A stretch of DNA of 64,000 bases, taken from positions 809,743 through 873,742 of the forward strand of contig CAWBZI010000002.1 in assembly GCA_963793265.1 (NCBI GenBank), given 5' to 3'. Shown here one piece after another: positions 20,248 through 29,992 of the stretch. The position numbers and the translations under genes are program-made. Source of the stretch: an uncultured cyanobacterium (GTDB lineage Bacteria > Cyanobacteriota > Cyanobacteriia > Phormidesmidales > Phormidesmidaceae). The number at the start of each line of letters is the position of its first letter. Position 1 is the stretch's first letter. The notes below the pieces were generated by a model. It did not search any database, had not been told where the DNA came from, and saw only the letters and a list, made by a program, of their open reading frames with translations.

Positions 20248-21168
20248 ATGACTGCATTGATTGTTCATGGGGGCTGTGGGATTTGGCTTGATTATGCTGA
20301 GGAAGAGGCAATAGCTGGCTGTAGAGAAGCGGTTGTAGCAGGGCGGCAGGTTTTAGCAGCAGGTGGCACGGCTTTGGCAGGGGCGATCGCAGCCTGCACT
20401 GCCTTAGAAAACAACCCCCTCTACAACGCCGGTACCGGCAGCGTTCTCAACTACGATGGCAACGCCCAAATGGACGCAAGCCTAATGGAAGGGCATACGC
20501 TACGCTTCGGCGGGGTCGGTGCTATTGAGCGCGTCAAAAATCCTGTTCTCGTAGCCCAACAAGTCATCGAACAAACCGACCACAATCTTTTAGTCGGGCC
20601 AGGTGCCACTGAATTCGCCCGCAAGGTTGGCTTTCCAGACTACGATCCGCGCACAAACCAAAGAATCGCAGAACACCAGATGCTCAAGGCCAAAGTTCCC
20701 AAAGGCGAGCTTAAAACCAGCCGTTTCTCAACCGGCCATCCTGAACACGCCCACAGCTCAACTACTGGCACCGTTGGCGCAGTCGCTCTGGACTCGTACG
20801 GCAACTTAGCCGCCGTCACCACAACCGGCGGTATTTTGCTCAAACTCCCCGGACGAGTAGGCGATACAGCGCTACCCGGCGGCGGCACCTATGCTACAGA
20901 CTACGGCGCGGCTTCTTCAACCGGCACAGGCGAATATGTCATGCGAATTCTTGGCACCCGGCAGGTGTGTGACCTGATCGCAGCAGGGCATTCCGCTCAA
21001 GTGGCAATAGACAAAACGTTAATGGAGATTAATACGCGCTTCAGCGCACAAACCGGGCTCATCGGCATTGATCGCGAAGGCAATGTTGGCCTGGCACATC
21101 TTACGCCTGAGATGCCTCACGCATTCTTTTCAGGCAGCGATGAGATCACGGCTCGGATTCGCGTTTAA
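20248..21168 (+). CDS. iaaA: Isoaspartyl peptidase/L-asparaginase (Ntn hydrolase)
   Basis: Motifs IVHGG, NAGTGS, G|TVGAVALD autoprocessing site and GRVGDT. Confidence 0.88.
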   Translation: MTALIVHGGCGIWLDYAEEEAIAGCREAVVAGRQVLAAGGTALAGAIAACTALENNPLYNAGTGSVLNYDGNAQMDASLMEGHTLRFGGVGAIERVKNPVLVAQQVIEQTDHNLLVGPGATEFARKVGFPDYDPRTNQRIAEHQMLKAKVPKGELKTSRFSTGHPEHAHSSTTGTVGAVALDSYGNLAAVTTTGGILLKLPGRVGDTALPGGGTYATDYGAASSTGTGEYVMRILGTRQVCDLIAAGHSAQVAIDKTLMEINTRFSAQTGLIGIDREGNVGLAHLTPEMPHAFFSGSDEITARIRV

Positions 21169-21808
21169 GATCTTGTGCCCAACGTCTGACCGTCTTCGCC
21201 CAGCTATTTTCGCCCATACTCTGAGACTTTTCGAGTAATGCTAAAACTGAATCTGGCTGCGCCAATGGCAGCACTAAAGACTGTTCGATCTTTTGATACG
21301 CTTCATCTACGAGCGAAAGGAACATCAGTTCCGAGCCGTCAAAGCGCCAAACTTCAGGTACACATAAAGCCGCATAAATAGACAACCGAGGAATAGACAA
21401 GCTTGTCATATCCACCTCAATTGCCAAATCTGGCGGCGGATCGACCGCTAAGTTGATATCCATTCTGCCTCGGACAACTGGCTCATTTTGAATGTAGTAG
21501 CATTCGTCCGGCTCTAGGCCTTTCACCAAATCCTCTCGGTTCCAGGTGCAAAAGCCTAAGCCACAAATTTCAATATCCCAACCCTCTGTAAGGGATTCGA
21601 CTAAGCGAGCCAGAAGCTTTTTGTATCTTTCGTGAGGCGGGCTAGGCATCCAAATTTCTAAGTTCCCTTGGTCATACGTCAATCGCCTACTGGGCTGCGA
21701 TTCTAAATCGTCAATTAGCGCCTGAAATGTTTTCCACGAAATATTCCGCAAAAGAACACTGTCCGACGCTAATGGCTGAGCTGATTGCGGCTTAAAAGTA
21801 GTAACCAT
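21146..21808 (-). CDS. Uma2-family putative endonuclease
   Basis: Motifs ISWKTF, MPSPPHE, EPDECYY, PPDLAIEVD and VPEVWRFDG. Confidence 0.9.
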   Translation of the reverse strand: MVTTFKPQSAQPLASDSVLLRNISWKTFQALIDDLESQPSRRLTYDQGNLEIWMPSPPHERYKKLLARLVESLTEGWDIEICGLGFCTWNREDLVKGLEPDECYYIQNEPVVRGRMDINLAVDPPPDLAIEVDMTSLSIPRLSIYAALCVPEVWRFDGSELMFLSLVDEAYQKIEQSLVLPLAQPDSVLALLEKSQSMGENSWAKTVRRWAQDLKRESEP

Positions 21809-21901
21809 CCTCTATCCTCGCGAAAAGGCCGTGGTAAAAAGCCTTGAAAATCTTAGATGCTTTCTTAGGGTAAGCCATTACCAGTAAAATGAAAGGATGT
21901 A

Positions 21902-23149
21902 TTGGCGAGCGGTGGCATGACAGATGTATTAGTAATTGGGTCGGGGCCAGCCGGGCTGTCTTTGGCGACAGCGTTAGAGCAGCGCGGGCTAAAGGTAGAA
22001 GGACTGAGTGCTACCGATCCGACAAAGCCCTGGCCTAACACCTACGGCATTTGGGCCGATGAGCTAGAAGCGCTCGGCATGAGCAAATACCTGTGGCAAA
22101 GCTGGAAAAATACGGTGGTGCACATGGGTAAGCAAACGATTCCTTTACAGCGTGAATATGGCCTGATTGATCGCGAAACGCTTCAGGGCGACTGGCTAAA
22201 GCAGAGTCATCAGCACGGCATTAAGTGGCACGAAGGCAAAGCCGCAAGTGTAAAGCACGGTGCGAAACGATCTGAGGTCACAGATGAGCGAGGCAACACC
22301 TACAGCGCCCGGTTGGTAGTAGATACGAGCGGTCATAATCCGGCTTTAGTGAGGCGAATGCCGCAGACGAAGCCGGTTGCCTATCAGGCGGCTTATGGCA
22401 TTGTGGGCCGGTTTTCTGGGCCGCCGATTGAGCCGCAGCAGATGGTGCTGATGGACTATCGCGACGACTATTTGCCTACGCCTGAAAGGCGACTGCCGCC
22501 GACTTTTTTGTACGCGATGGACTTGGGAGAAGGCATTTACTTTATCGAAGAAACGTCTTTAGCGCATACGCCCGCCATTCGGTTCGACACGCTAGAGCGC
22601 AGGCTACATCAGCGATTGGCTCATCGCGGCGTCAAGGTAACAGAGACGCATCACGTTGAAAAGTGTTTGTTTCCGATGAATATATCGCTGCCTGATTTAT
22701 CGCAGTCGGTGGTGGGCTTTGGGGGATCTGCGAGTATGGTGCATCCAGCGACGGGCTATATGGTGGGGGCTCTGTTGCGCAGGGGGCCGGACTTGGCGCG
22801 GGCGATCGCACAATCCCTCCAAGCCACCAGCACCTCTCCCAACCAGGTTGCCAAAGAAGCCTGGCAAGCCCTCTGGCCCGAAGAGCGCCTACGCAAGCAC
22901 TACCTCTACACCTTTGGCCTAGAAAATCTGATGGCGTTCAAAACGCACGATTTACAACAGTTTTTCACCACCTTTTTTGAACTAGAACAATCTCAGTGGG
23001 CAGGCTTTTTGGCCGATACCTCCACGCTGCCCGAGATTGTGCAGGCAATGCTAGTCCTCTTTGGTCGCACCTCTAACCCGGTACGCTGGGGGCTGATGAG
23101 TTCTGTATTTAGCCATGGCAATTTGCTCAGACGGACGCTAACCACATAA
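21902..23149 (+). CDS. crtL: Lycopene cyclase (CrtL type)
   Basis: DVLVIGSGPAG FAD motif, NTYGIW, PPTFLYAM, FIEETSL, MVHPATGY. The start may be ATG 21917. Confidence 0.88.
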   Translation: MASGGMTDVLVIGSGPAGLSLATALEQRGLKVEGLSATDPTKPWPNTYGIWADELEALGMSKYLWQSWKNTVVHMGKQTIPLQREYGLIDRETLQGDWLKQSHQHGIKWHEGKAASVKHGAKRSEVTDERGNTYSARLVVDTSGHNPALVRRMPQTKPVAYQAAYGIVGRFSGPPIEPQQMVLMDYRDDYLPTPERRLPPTFLYAMDLGEGIYFIEETSLAHTPAIRFDTLERRLHQRLAHRGVKVTETHHVEKCLFPMNISLPDLSQSVVGFGGSASMVHPATGYMVGALLRRGPDLARAIAQSLQATSTSPNQVAKEAWQALWPEERLRKHYLYTFGLENLMAFKTHDLQQFFTTFFELEQSQWAGFLADTSTLPEIVQAMLVLFGRTSNPVRWGLMSSVFSHGNLLRRTLTT

Positions 23150-23829
23150 TGAACACTCTACTTGCCAATGAAGTTCGCCTGTTTGAGCAGCGCCTACAAC
23201 TGCTGGACGACAAAGCGCTGTATCTGCCGGAGGTAGGGGCTTTGCTCGTGTCTGATGTTCACTTGGGAAAGGCAGAAACGTTTCAAGCGTTAGGAATCCC
23301 GATTTCTAGTCAGGTGAACAAGGAGAACTTGGAGAGATTGCGATCGCTCATCCACCAAACTAAACCCCAAAGACTCTTCATTTTAGGCGATCTGTTCCAT
23401 TCTAAAAAGTCTCTTGTCCCTGAAGTTTTAGTAAGCTGGGATAATTTCTTAAAGGCGATCGCCATAGACACTTGCCTCATCGTCGGCAACCACGACCGCA
23501 AGCTGACCTCAGCGCTGCCCCCCTTGGCAATGGACACCCAAGTAGAGGCGGTAAGCGTCGGGCCTTTTTTACTGAGCCACGAGCCAGAAGTACGACATAC
23601 GGCGGCGCTAAACGTGTGCGGGCACATTCATCCGGTCGTGAAATTGCGATCGCGTACCGACAGCCTCCGCCTCCCCTGCTTTTTTGTAGAACGCGACCAA
23701 CGGCGACTCACGCTCCCTTCCTTTGGCGAATTTACCGGCGGCTACGAAGTAGATTTAGCTGAAAATACCTGCGCTTACGTGGCTTGTGAAGGTGAGATCA
23801 TTCCTTTTAAGAGTAAAAGAATCACCTAA
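23149..23829 (+). CDS. pdeM: PdeM-like metallophosphoesterase (ligase-associated DNA damage response family)
   Basis: Motifs SDVHLGK, LGDLFH, GNHD, HEP, GHIHP and LPSFGEFTGG. Confidence 0.85.
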   Translation: MNTLLANEVRLFEQRLQLLDDKALYLPEVGALLVSDVHLGKAETFQALGIPISSQVNKENLERLRSLIHQTKPQRLFILGDLFHSKKSLVPEVLVSWDNFLKAIAIDTCLIVGNHDRKLTSALPPLAMDTQVEAVSVGPFLLSHEPEVRHTAALNVCGHIHPVVKLRSRTDSLRLPCFFVERDQRRLTLPSFGEFTGGYEVDLAENTCAYVACEGEIIPFKSKRIT

Positions 23830-24788
23830 TCGCCATAGCGAATACGCGGATCGAGAACGCCATAAAGCACATCTGCAATTAAGTTAAAAACCACAATTAA
23901 GATGGCGTAAATGAACGTAATCGACATTACAACAGGCGTGTCGCTGCGAGTAATAGAGCTAATAAGCAAAGCGCCAATGCCCGGTATGCGAAAGACTTGT
24001 TCGGTCACCAGCGCGCCCGTAAAAACAGTCGGAATATCTAAAGCAATTAGCGTCACTACCGGAATTAGCGCATTGCGAAGCACATGCCGCATAATCACCT
24101 GCCAGCTACTTAAGCCCTTCGCATAGGCCGTGCGAACGTAGTCCATATTCAACTGTTCAATCACAGCAGCGCGAATATAGCGCATCAGAACAGCCGTTTG
24201 AAAGAGCGTCAGCACGGCAACCGGCATAATCGACTGTTTGATCTGGGCAATCAGGCTAGCAGCATCGTTAACCACTAGCGTGCTGTCGTAAATAAATGGG
24301 AGCCAGCCGAGCTGTACGCTAAAAATAATGATGAAAAGTAGGCCGGTGAAAAAAGGCGGAATAGAGAATCCTGCAAACGCGACTGTCGTCGTGATTTGGT
24401 CTAGCCAGCTATAGCGCTTAAGGGCCGAAAGAATGCCTAAAGGGAAGGCGATAATTACAGAGATTAGGTAGGCCAAGCCAACCACCCACAGCGTTGTGGG
24501 CAATCGCTGTAGGATGAGTTCGTTTACGGGTGAGGGCGTGACAAAGGAGTATCCCATGTTGCCAGTGAAAAAGGCGATCGCCCACTTTCCATAGCGCACG
24601 GGAATCGGCTGATCTAACCCTAGCGATCGCCGAATATTCTCTCTAATTTCTGGGGTAATCGAAGGGCTGTTCGCCAGCTCACCCAGCGGATCGCCCGGTG
24701 CTAAAGAAAGTACGAGATAAATCACCATACTGATCGCAATCAGCGTCGGAATTGCGATCAGCAGCCGTTTGAGCAGATATTTTCCCAC
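23826..24788 (-). CDS. Peptide ABC transporter permease (OppB/DppB type)
   Basis: Motifs YLLKRLL, GLDQPI, YVRTAYAKGL (EAA loop) and LDPRIRY. Confidence 0.92.
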   Translation of the reverse strand: MGKYLLKRLLIAIPTLIAISMVIYLVLSLAPGDPLGELANSPSITPEIRENIRRSLGLDQPIPVRYGKWAIAFFTGNMGYSFVTPSPVNELILQRLPTTLWVVGLAYLISVIIAFPLGILSALKRYSWLDQITTTVAFAGFSIPPFFTGLLFIIIFSVQLGWLPFIYDSTLVVNDAASLIAQIKQSIMPVAVLTLFQTAVLMRYIRAAVIEQLNMDYVRTAYAKGLSSWQVIMRHVLRNALIPVVTLIALDIPTVFTGALVTEQVFRIPGIGALLISSITRSDTPVVMSITFIYAILIVVFNLIADVLYGVLDPRIRYGD

Positions 24789-26498
24789 TTATTCTCGACC
24801 CCAGCTATTGAGCTTCCAGGTGCTTGCGGCCCAGGGCGTGAATTCTAGATTGGTGAGTGAGTTAGTGATCGCATAGGCATCACTCCGACGCACCAACGGA
24901 ATCAAGGCCACATCCTCAATCAACAAATCGTTCATCTCTACAAACAGCTCTACGCGCCTGTCTGCATCTGTTGTTTGCTTCAGCTCACTTAGCAGCGCGT
25001 CATACTCAGGATTGCAGTAGCGAGAAGAGTTTTCCTCCGACCACTGATTCTCCTTTTGAGAAATGCGATCGCACGAGTACAGCTCCATATAAGAATCAGG
25101 CTCAGGCGTTTCACTATCAAAGGCAAAAAGCTGCAGATCTGACTTAAACCGATAGACCGAATCAGGATTAGCCGGATCGCCAAAATAAACGCCCGGCTCC
25201 ACGCTTTCTAGCTCCACCGACATCCCAATCGACTCCAAATTCTGCTTAATAATCTCCTGCGTCTTCTGCCTCACCGGATTCACCGAGCTGCTAAAGAGAA
25301 TATTCAACGCCACACCATTTTTATCTCTTACCCCATCCCCATTCGTATCTTCCCAGCCCGCCTCATCCAGCAAGCTCGCCGCCTTCGCCAAGTCAAACTC
25401 ATAGCTCGTATTGCTAGAAGCATACTTATCAGGAGCCACCAAAAAATTAGTCGCCACCTCGCCTGCTTCACCATAAAGCTGCTCGGTAATCGTCTCTCTA
25501 TCAATCGCTAAGCTAATCGCCTCTCGCACAGGCTTCTCCGAGAGAAAAGGATGCGGCGTATCCTTCTGCGAAGTCTCTCCATTCACCTCTTTATTAGGAT
25601 CAGAGAAGTTAATATAAATTCGCTCCATCAGCGGCTTAAAAACATACGACATACTGCCGTTGCCACCCGCTTCTAACCCTTCAATCACCGCTGGTTCAGC
25701 CTGCACGTTCCAAGCATAGTCAGCCTCACTCGTTTGCAAAACCGCGCGAGCCGCCGAGGTCGCATCGCCACCCCCTTTAAGTTCTACAGTCGTAAACGGC
25801 GACGCCTCACCCCGAAAATTAGGATTAGGCTCATAGACAATCGTATCGTCAGGCCGAAACTCTCTTACCTGAAAAGCATTGGTACCCACCGGAGCCGTAT
25901 TCCCCGGAGCCGTCCGCGCCGCTGCCCCAATAAAATCGCCAAAAACATGCTCAGGCAGAATCATGCCGCTCCCGCCCACAAACGGAGAAAGCGGTGCCGC
26001 CGTTGGCTGCTTAAAAGTGATTTGCACCGTAAGATCGTCAACCGCCTCAACCGCCTCAACTTCACCATAAAACTCGCCAGAAGTCGCTCCCGTCGCCGGA
26101 TCGGTAATAAATTCATAGGTAAAAACAACGTCTTCAGCCGTAAACGCCTCACCGTCTGACCACTGCACATCAGGCTTTAGCTTCCAGGTCACCGTCGTGC
26201 TGTCTTCACTGATGCCGCCATTGGCTTTCGTTGGAATTTCAGCGGCCAGGATAGGCTCGAGTTCTTCAGATTCGTTGTAGGCGGCAAGCGGTTCGTATAC
26301 GATGCTGGCGGCTTCAGAATCTTTGGTGCCGTTGGAGAGGTGGGGGTTTAGGGTGGTAGGGGCTTGCCAGTAAAGGAGCTTCAGGTCAGTGCTGCTAGCT
26401 GCCGAGTCAGAATCTGTAGCGGTTTCTGTCTCAGGGTTGCAGGCAGCAAGCAGTAGACCTGCGGTAAGTAGCACCAGTCCTTGTTTTAGTAAGCGCAT
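24789..26498 (-). CDS. Peptide ABC transporter substrate-binding lipoprotein
   Basis: MRLLKQ...LLLAAC lipobox; SBP family 5 motifs WSDGEAFTAEDVVFT and VREAISLAIDR. Confidence 0.92.
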   Translation of the reverse strand: MRLLKQGLVLLTAGLLLAACNPETETATDSDSAASSTDLKLLYWQAPTTLNPHLSNGTKDSEAASIVYEPLAAYNESEELEPILAAEIPTKANGGISEDSTTVTWKLKPDVQWSDGEAFTAEDVVFTYEFITDPATGATSGEFYGEVEAVEAVDDLTVQITFKQPTAAPLSPFVGGSGMILPEHVFGDFIGAAARTAPGNTAPVGTNAFQVREFRPDDTIVYEPNPNFRGEASPFTTVELKGGGDATSAARAVLQTSEADYAWNVQAEPAVIEGLEAGGNGSMSYVFKPLMERIYINFSDPNKEVNGETSQKDTPHPFLSEKPVREAISLAIDRETITEQLYGEAGEVATNFLVAPDKYASSNTSYEFDLAKAASLLDEAGWEDTNGDGVRDKNGVALNILFSSSVNPVRQKTQEIIKQNLESIGMSVELESVEPGVYFGDPANPDSVYRFKSDLQLFAFDSETPEPDSYMELYSCDRISQKENQWSEENSSRYCNPEYDALLSELKQTTDADRRVELFVEMNDLLIEDVALIPLVRRSDAYAITNSLTNLEFTPWAASTWKLNSWGRE

Positions 26499-26574
26499 GT
26501 GGTAAGTTTCCCCTTTGCCGACGGCATTTGCGATTGGAGAAACTATAGCGCGATCTGTGAATTTAGCCTTAGCG

Positions 26575-27186
26575 CTAGCTTTGTTTGCCACCGACGAAGG
26601 GTGTATTCCAAAAGCGCCAGTTTTGTTTATTGAAGGGCGATCGCCATCGATAAATCAGGTCAGACTCTAGCTTTTGCCGAAGCTGTCGCTCAGCCGGGGC
26701 ATGGGGCCAAAAGGCAATTCCTAGCTCACTCTCTAGCCCATTTTCAAAATGCGACTGTCGGTAGTTCGTTAAATAGCGCTTGCAGTCATGAACGCCTTTC
26801 CAGCGCTGATTGGACTTTACCGTTTCGCCAATGTAGAGCAGCAGTGGCGTATTCTCTAGGCCGTAGTCGATCACAAAGTACATAGCTGCAACGCCTACGT
26901 CATCGAACTGCCAGCGCCAGAATTCGGTATTTTGACGACGCAGGCTAAAGGGATCGATGCTGTCTGCTGAGGGAGGAGAGGCGATCGCACCTTCATCAAA
27001 CAAACTCCCCTGCTGAGCCGGTTGACTCGCCTGCAACTTAGTCTGAAAACGAATAATACGCTGCTTCCAAACTTGCAGCTCGGTTGGGCCAATCGAGAGC
27101 TGCGGCTGAAAATTTTCGTAGGTAGAATAGCTCGCAGCCTGCATAGCCGAGTCAGAGAGCAAAAAAGATTGGGTGTCTTTCGGCAC
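26575..27186 (-). CDS. GIY-YIG nuclease family protein (cyanobacterial type)
   Basis: AMYFVID...LLYIGET...RWKGVHDCKRY...LE..LIYRWRSPFNK. Confidence 0.75.
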   Translation of the reverse strand: MPKDTQSFLLSDSAMQAASYSTYENFQPQLSIGPTELQVWKQRIIRFQTKLQASQPAQQGSLFDEGAIASPPSADSIDPFSLRRQNTEFWRWQFDDVGVAAMYFVIDYGLENTPLLLYIGETVKSNQRWKGVHDCKRYLTNYRQSHFENGLESELGIAFWPHAPAERQLRQKLESDLIYRWRSPFNKQNWRFWNTPFVGGKQS

Positions 27187-27317
27187 AGCACGCGGCTCCA
27201 GATATAGCGCTAATCATCAATTATTTTTGTAATGTAGCGCTATATGTTGTTATTTACAAACTATAAGGAAGTGTCAGTTTCCCGCATAGACAGACCGCTG
27301 TTTATTGAAGGTTATCA

Positions 27318-28202
27318 CTATTGCTGTGCCATATAAGCTCGGACATTGCGGACAGCTCGAATCGCGTAAACGTCGTTAGGACGCTCAGTGATCGCCCGTT
27401 CAAAAAATCCCAGCGCCCGCTCGTAGTTCCCATTTTGCGTAGCGTCATAGCCTAACCGCATATACCGATCATAGTCAGCTTCAGGCACTTCACTATTCGC
27501 ACCGAATTCACCATCTCGCACACCATCTACCGCATTCCAGTAGGCAATCGTCGCCTGCCGATCGTTAGATCGCTCGTACAGGGCGCTACGGAAGTAGGTT
27601 TGAGCAGCGGCGAAGTCCTGACGCTGAGCTGCCGCATAGCCGAGTCGCATGTAGCGATCGTAGGGCGTTTCGCCTGCGTAGACGTTGTAGGTGAGGGGCA
27701 CGTCGCCGGGAGAGTCTGCACCGACGCCTCGGTTGAGATAGGTGTAGACGTTGCGAATGGCCTGGGCCGCATAGTAGTCGCGGGGGCGCAGCTCAAGAGC
27801 TGCTTCAAAGTGACCGAGCGCGGTTTCGTAGTCGCCTGCGTCGGTAGCGTCGTAGCCTTGCTCCATGCTGGCTTCGTACTGTAGGGCGCGATCGCTCAGT
27901 TCAGGTGAGGTCAGTTCGCCGCGCGCATTCCAATAGGCAACGGTGGCTTCGCGATCGCGTGGCACCGCATAGAGCGCCGCCCTAAAGAAATTAGCCGCCT
28001 CAGCAAAATCACCTTCCTGAGAAGCCGCATAGCCCAGACGCATATATTCGCTATATTCCTGCTGAGGTGTGTAAGTTTCTGTCGTTTGGGTCGTTGTTGG
28101 AGACGTAGAGTCGGGCGGCATTTGCGCTAGCGCTGACTGGCTAGCAAACGTGAGAGAGAGGGCGGCTAAGCCCAAAGCAGCTAGCTTTTTAGGGGTATTC
28201 AT
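27318..28202 (-). CDS. Secreted TPR-repeat protein
   Basis: Signal peptide ALAQ and four YMRLGY/MEQGY helical TPR-like repeats. Confidence 0.8.
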   Translation of the reverse strand: MNTPKKLAALGLAALSLTFASQSALAQMPPDSTSPTTTQTTETYTPQQEYSEYMRLGYAASQEGDFAEAANFFRAALYAVPRDREATVAYWNARGELTSPELSDRALQYEASMEQGYDATDAGDYETALGHFEAALELRPRDYYAAQAIRNVYTYLNRGVGADSPGDVPLTYNVYAGETPYDRYMRLGYAAAQRQDFAAAQTYFRSALYERSNDRQATIAYWNAVDGVRDGEFGANSEVPEADYDRYMRLGYDATQNGNYERALGFFERAITERPNDVYAIRAVRNVRAYMAQQ

Positions 28203-28857
28203 GACAAATTTTCAGTATGTGTTTGTAGCATTGTTCTTTGTTTGAACGTACGCGATCGCCCAAGCGAATTCTCTCTAGCCACAGAAGGAGCCTACAAAAC
28301 CTTCGTGCTCTTTCTTTTGATAGAGCATTTAAGCTAGAGCCAAACAGCGAGAAACACAGTACTGCTCACAGAAAGGTGAGTAAATGCACTGAGATGTGAG
28401 AGACTTATTAATGCATCCAAGATCCCATGAAAACATAGGTGTTTGCGGACTTATCCTCAATAGAAGCTATTTTTTCCTAATCGTGTAGCTTGTGTTCTAG
28501 CTCACAACCTACGCGCAAGGTATATCCGGGATTTTGTCAACAACTTTGGCTAAAAAAAATAAATCAAGCAGATTTGATATGAGTTCTGAAAAGTAGTGAT
28601 TTAAAGCTGCAAGTAAACGAACTCATCACGATAAGGTGTGCCCATGAAAAGATAGCCCTCCTTGCGATTTCGTGCGCGTCTTATGAGGAGGCAACTAACG
28701 TCTTTGATTTGAATTCCTGAAAATCAGTAAAGATCTACGCCTTGCTAGCGTACTCAGGTGCAACTTTGCATTCATCAAAGGCTCTACCATAGAGCTTTCG
28801 TAAAGGCAAAAAGCGCAATGGGAACGATAAGCGAGGCTAAAGATCGCCGTCATTTGT

Positions 28858-29898
28858 TTGAGCGATTTTGCCATGTCTAGCCGCCATCACAGCTCTACTA
28901 CTATTAGCAACGCCCGCTTTAGAGCCGCCGTCTTAGAGTCAATGGGTACGATTCAACTTACTAAATCGTTTACCGTCGTCGAGGCTGTCGCGTTTAAGCA
29001 GAGCTGTCAGGAAGCGTTTGCCCGTCATCCTGAACTCGAAGAAATCGTTCTTGACTTTCTAGAAACAACTTTTATAGACAGCAGTGGCCTCGGGGCGCTG
29101 GTGATTTGCCATAAGCTGTGTGAGTCAAAAGGGGCGAAGCTGCGGCTGGTGAATGTGCCCTCGCAGGTGATGATGGCGCTTTCGCTCACCGAGCTAGACA
29201 AAATTTTTCATATTGAGCAAGCGCCCGTTAGAACGCCCGCGAATAAGCCTGGTAATTTGCAATCGGCCCTAGAGAACCTGCCCGAAACGCATCCATCCGT
29301 ACGCTCAAAGGCCAAGCGAGCGATGGATATTGTCGGCGGGCTGGTGGGCCTGGCGCTGACGCTGGTGGTGTTTGTAGGGGTTGCGATCGCCATCAAACTC
29401 GAAGACGGCGGCCCTATTTTCTTTGCTCAAACCCGCTGCTCCTGGCTCGGCAAGCCCTTCAAAATCTGGAAATTTCGCTCGATGGTGACAGACGCCGAAG
29501 CCCGCAAGCGCGAAGTGGCTAATAAAATAGAAGGGCCTCTGTTTAAAAACGACAACGACCCGCGCATCACCAAAATTGGCCACTTTTTAAGACGCACGAG
29601 CTTGGACGAATTTCCTCAGTTTTGGAACGTGCTCAAAGGCGACATGAGCCTGGTGGGCACCCGTCCGCCCACTCCAGATGAAATCGCTCAGTACGAGGTT
29701 TCGCAGTGGCAGCGGCTCAACGTAAAGCCTGGCATGACCGGCGAATGGCAGGTCAACGGTCGCTCTACGGTGACCTCTTTTGAGCAGGTAATTCAACTCG
29801 ATTTGCAGTACCAGCGCAAATGGAGTCTGATGTATGACATTCAGCTCATTTTTAAGACAGTGACGGTGCTCTTTAGCAAGAAGTCGGGCGCAATGTAA
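28858..29898 (+). CDS. STAS (anti-sigma antagonist) domain fused to a priming sugar-phosphate transferase
   Basis: FIDSSGLGAL STAS motif; KRAMDI, KFRSM, DPRITKIG, SLDEFPQFWNVLKGDMSLVGTRP. Confidence 0.9.
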   Translation: MSDFAMSSRHHSSTTISNARFRAAVLESMGTIQLTKSFTVVEAVAFKQSCQEAFARHPELEEIVLDFLETTFIDSSGLGALVICHKLCESKGAKLRLVNVPSQVMMALSLTELDKIFHIEQAPVRTPANKPGNLQSALENLPETHPSVRSKAKRAMDIVGGLVGLALTLVVFVGVAIAIKLEDGGPIFFAQTRCSWLGKPFKIWKFRSMVTDAEARKREVANKIEGPLFKNDNDPRITKIGHFLRRTSLDEFPQFWNVLKGDMSLVGTRPPTPDEIAQYEVSQWQRLNVKPGMTGEWQVNGRSTVTSFEQVIQLDLQYQRKWSLMYDIQLIFKTVTVLFSKKSGAM

Positions 29899-29992
29899 GC
29901 GTGAAATAAGCGCAAAATGACCGTCATCCGACACAATAGATAGGGCAATCGTACTTAAAGAATTGCCTTATCCGCTCGTCAACGGTCAGTGA

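Noticed and set aside
28800..28850. c-di-GMP-I riboswitch upstream of the STAS-sugar transferase
   Set aside because: Only AAGGCAAA matches; the GAAA-loop stem and GCAAAG/P2 elements are missing.
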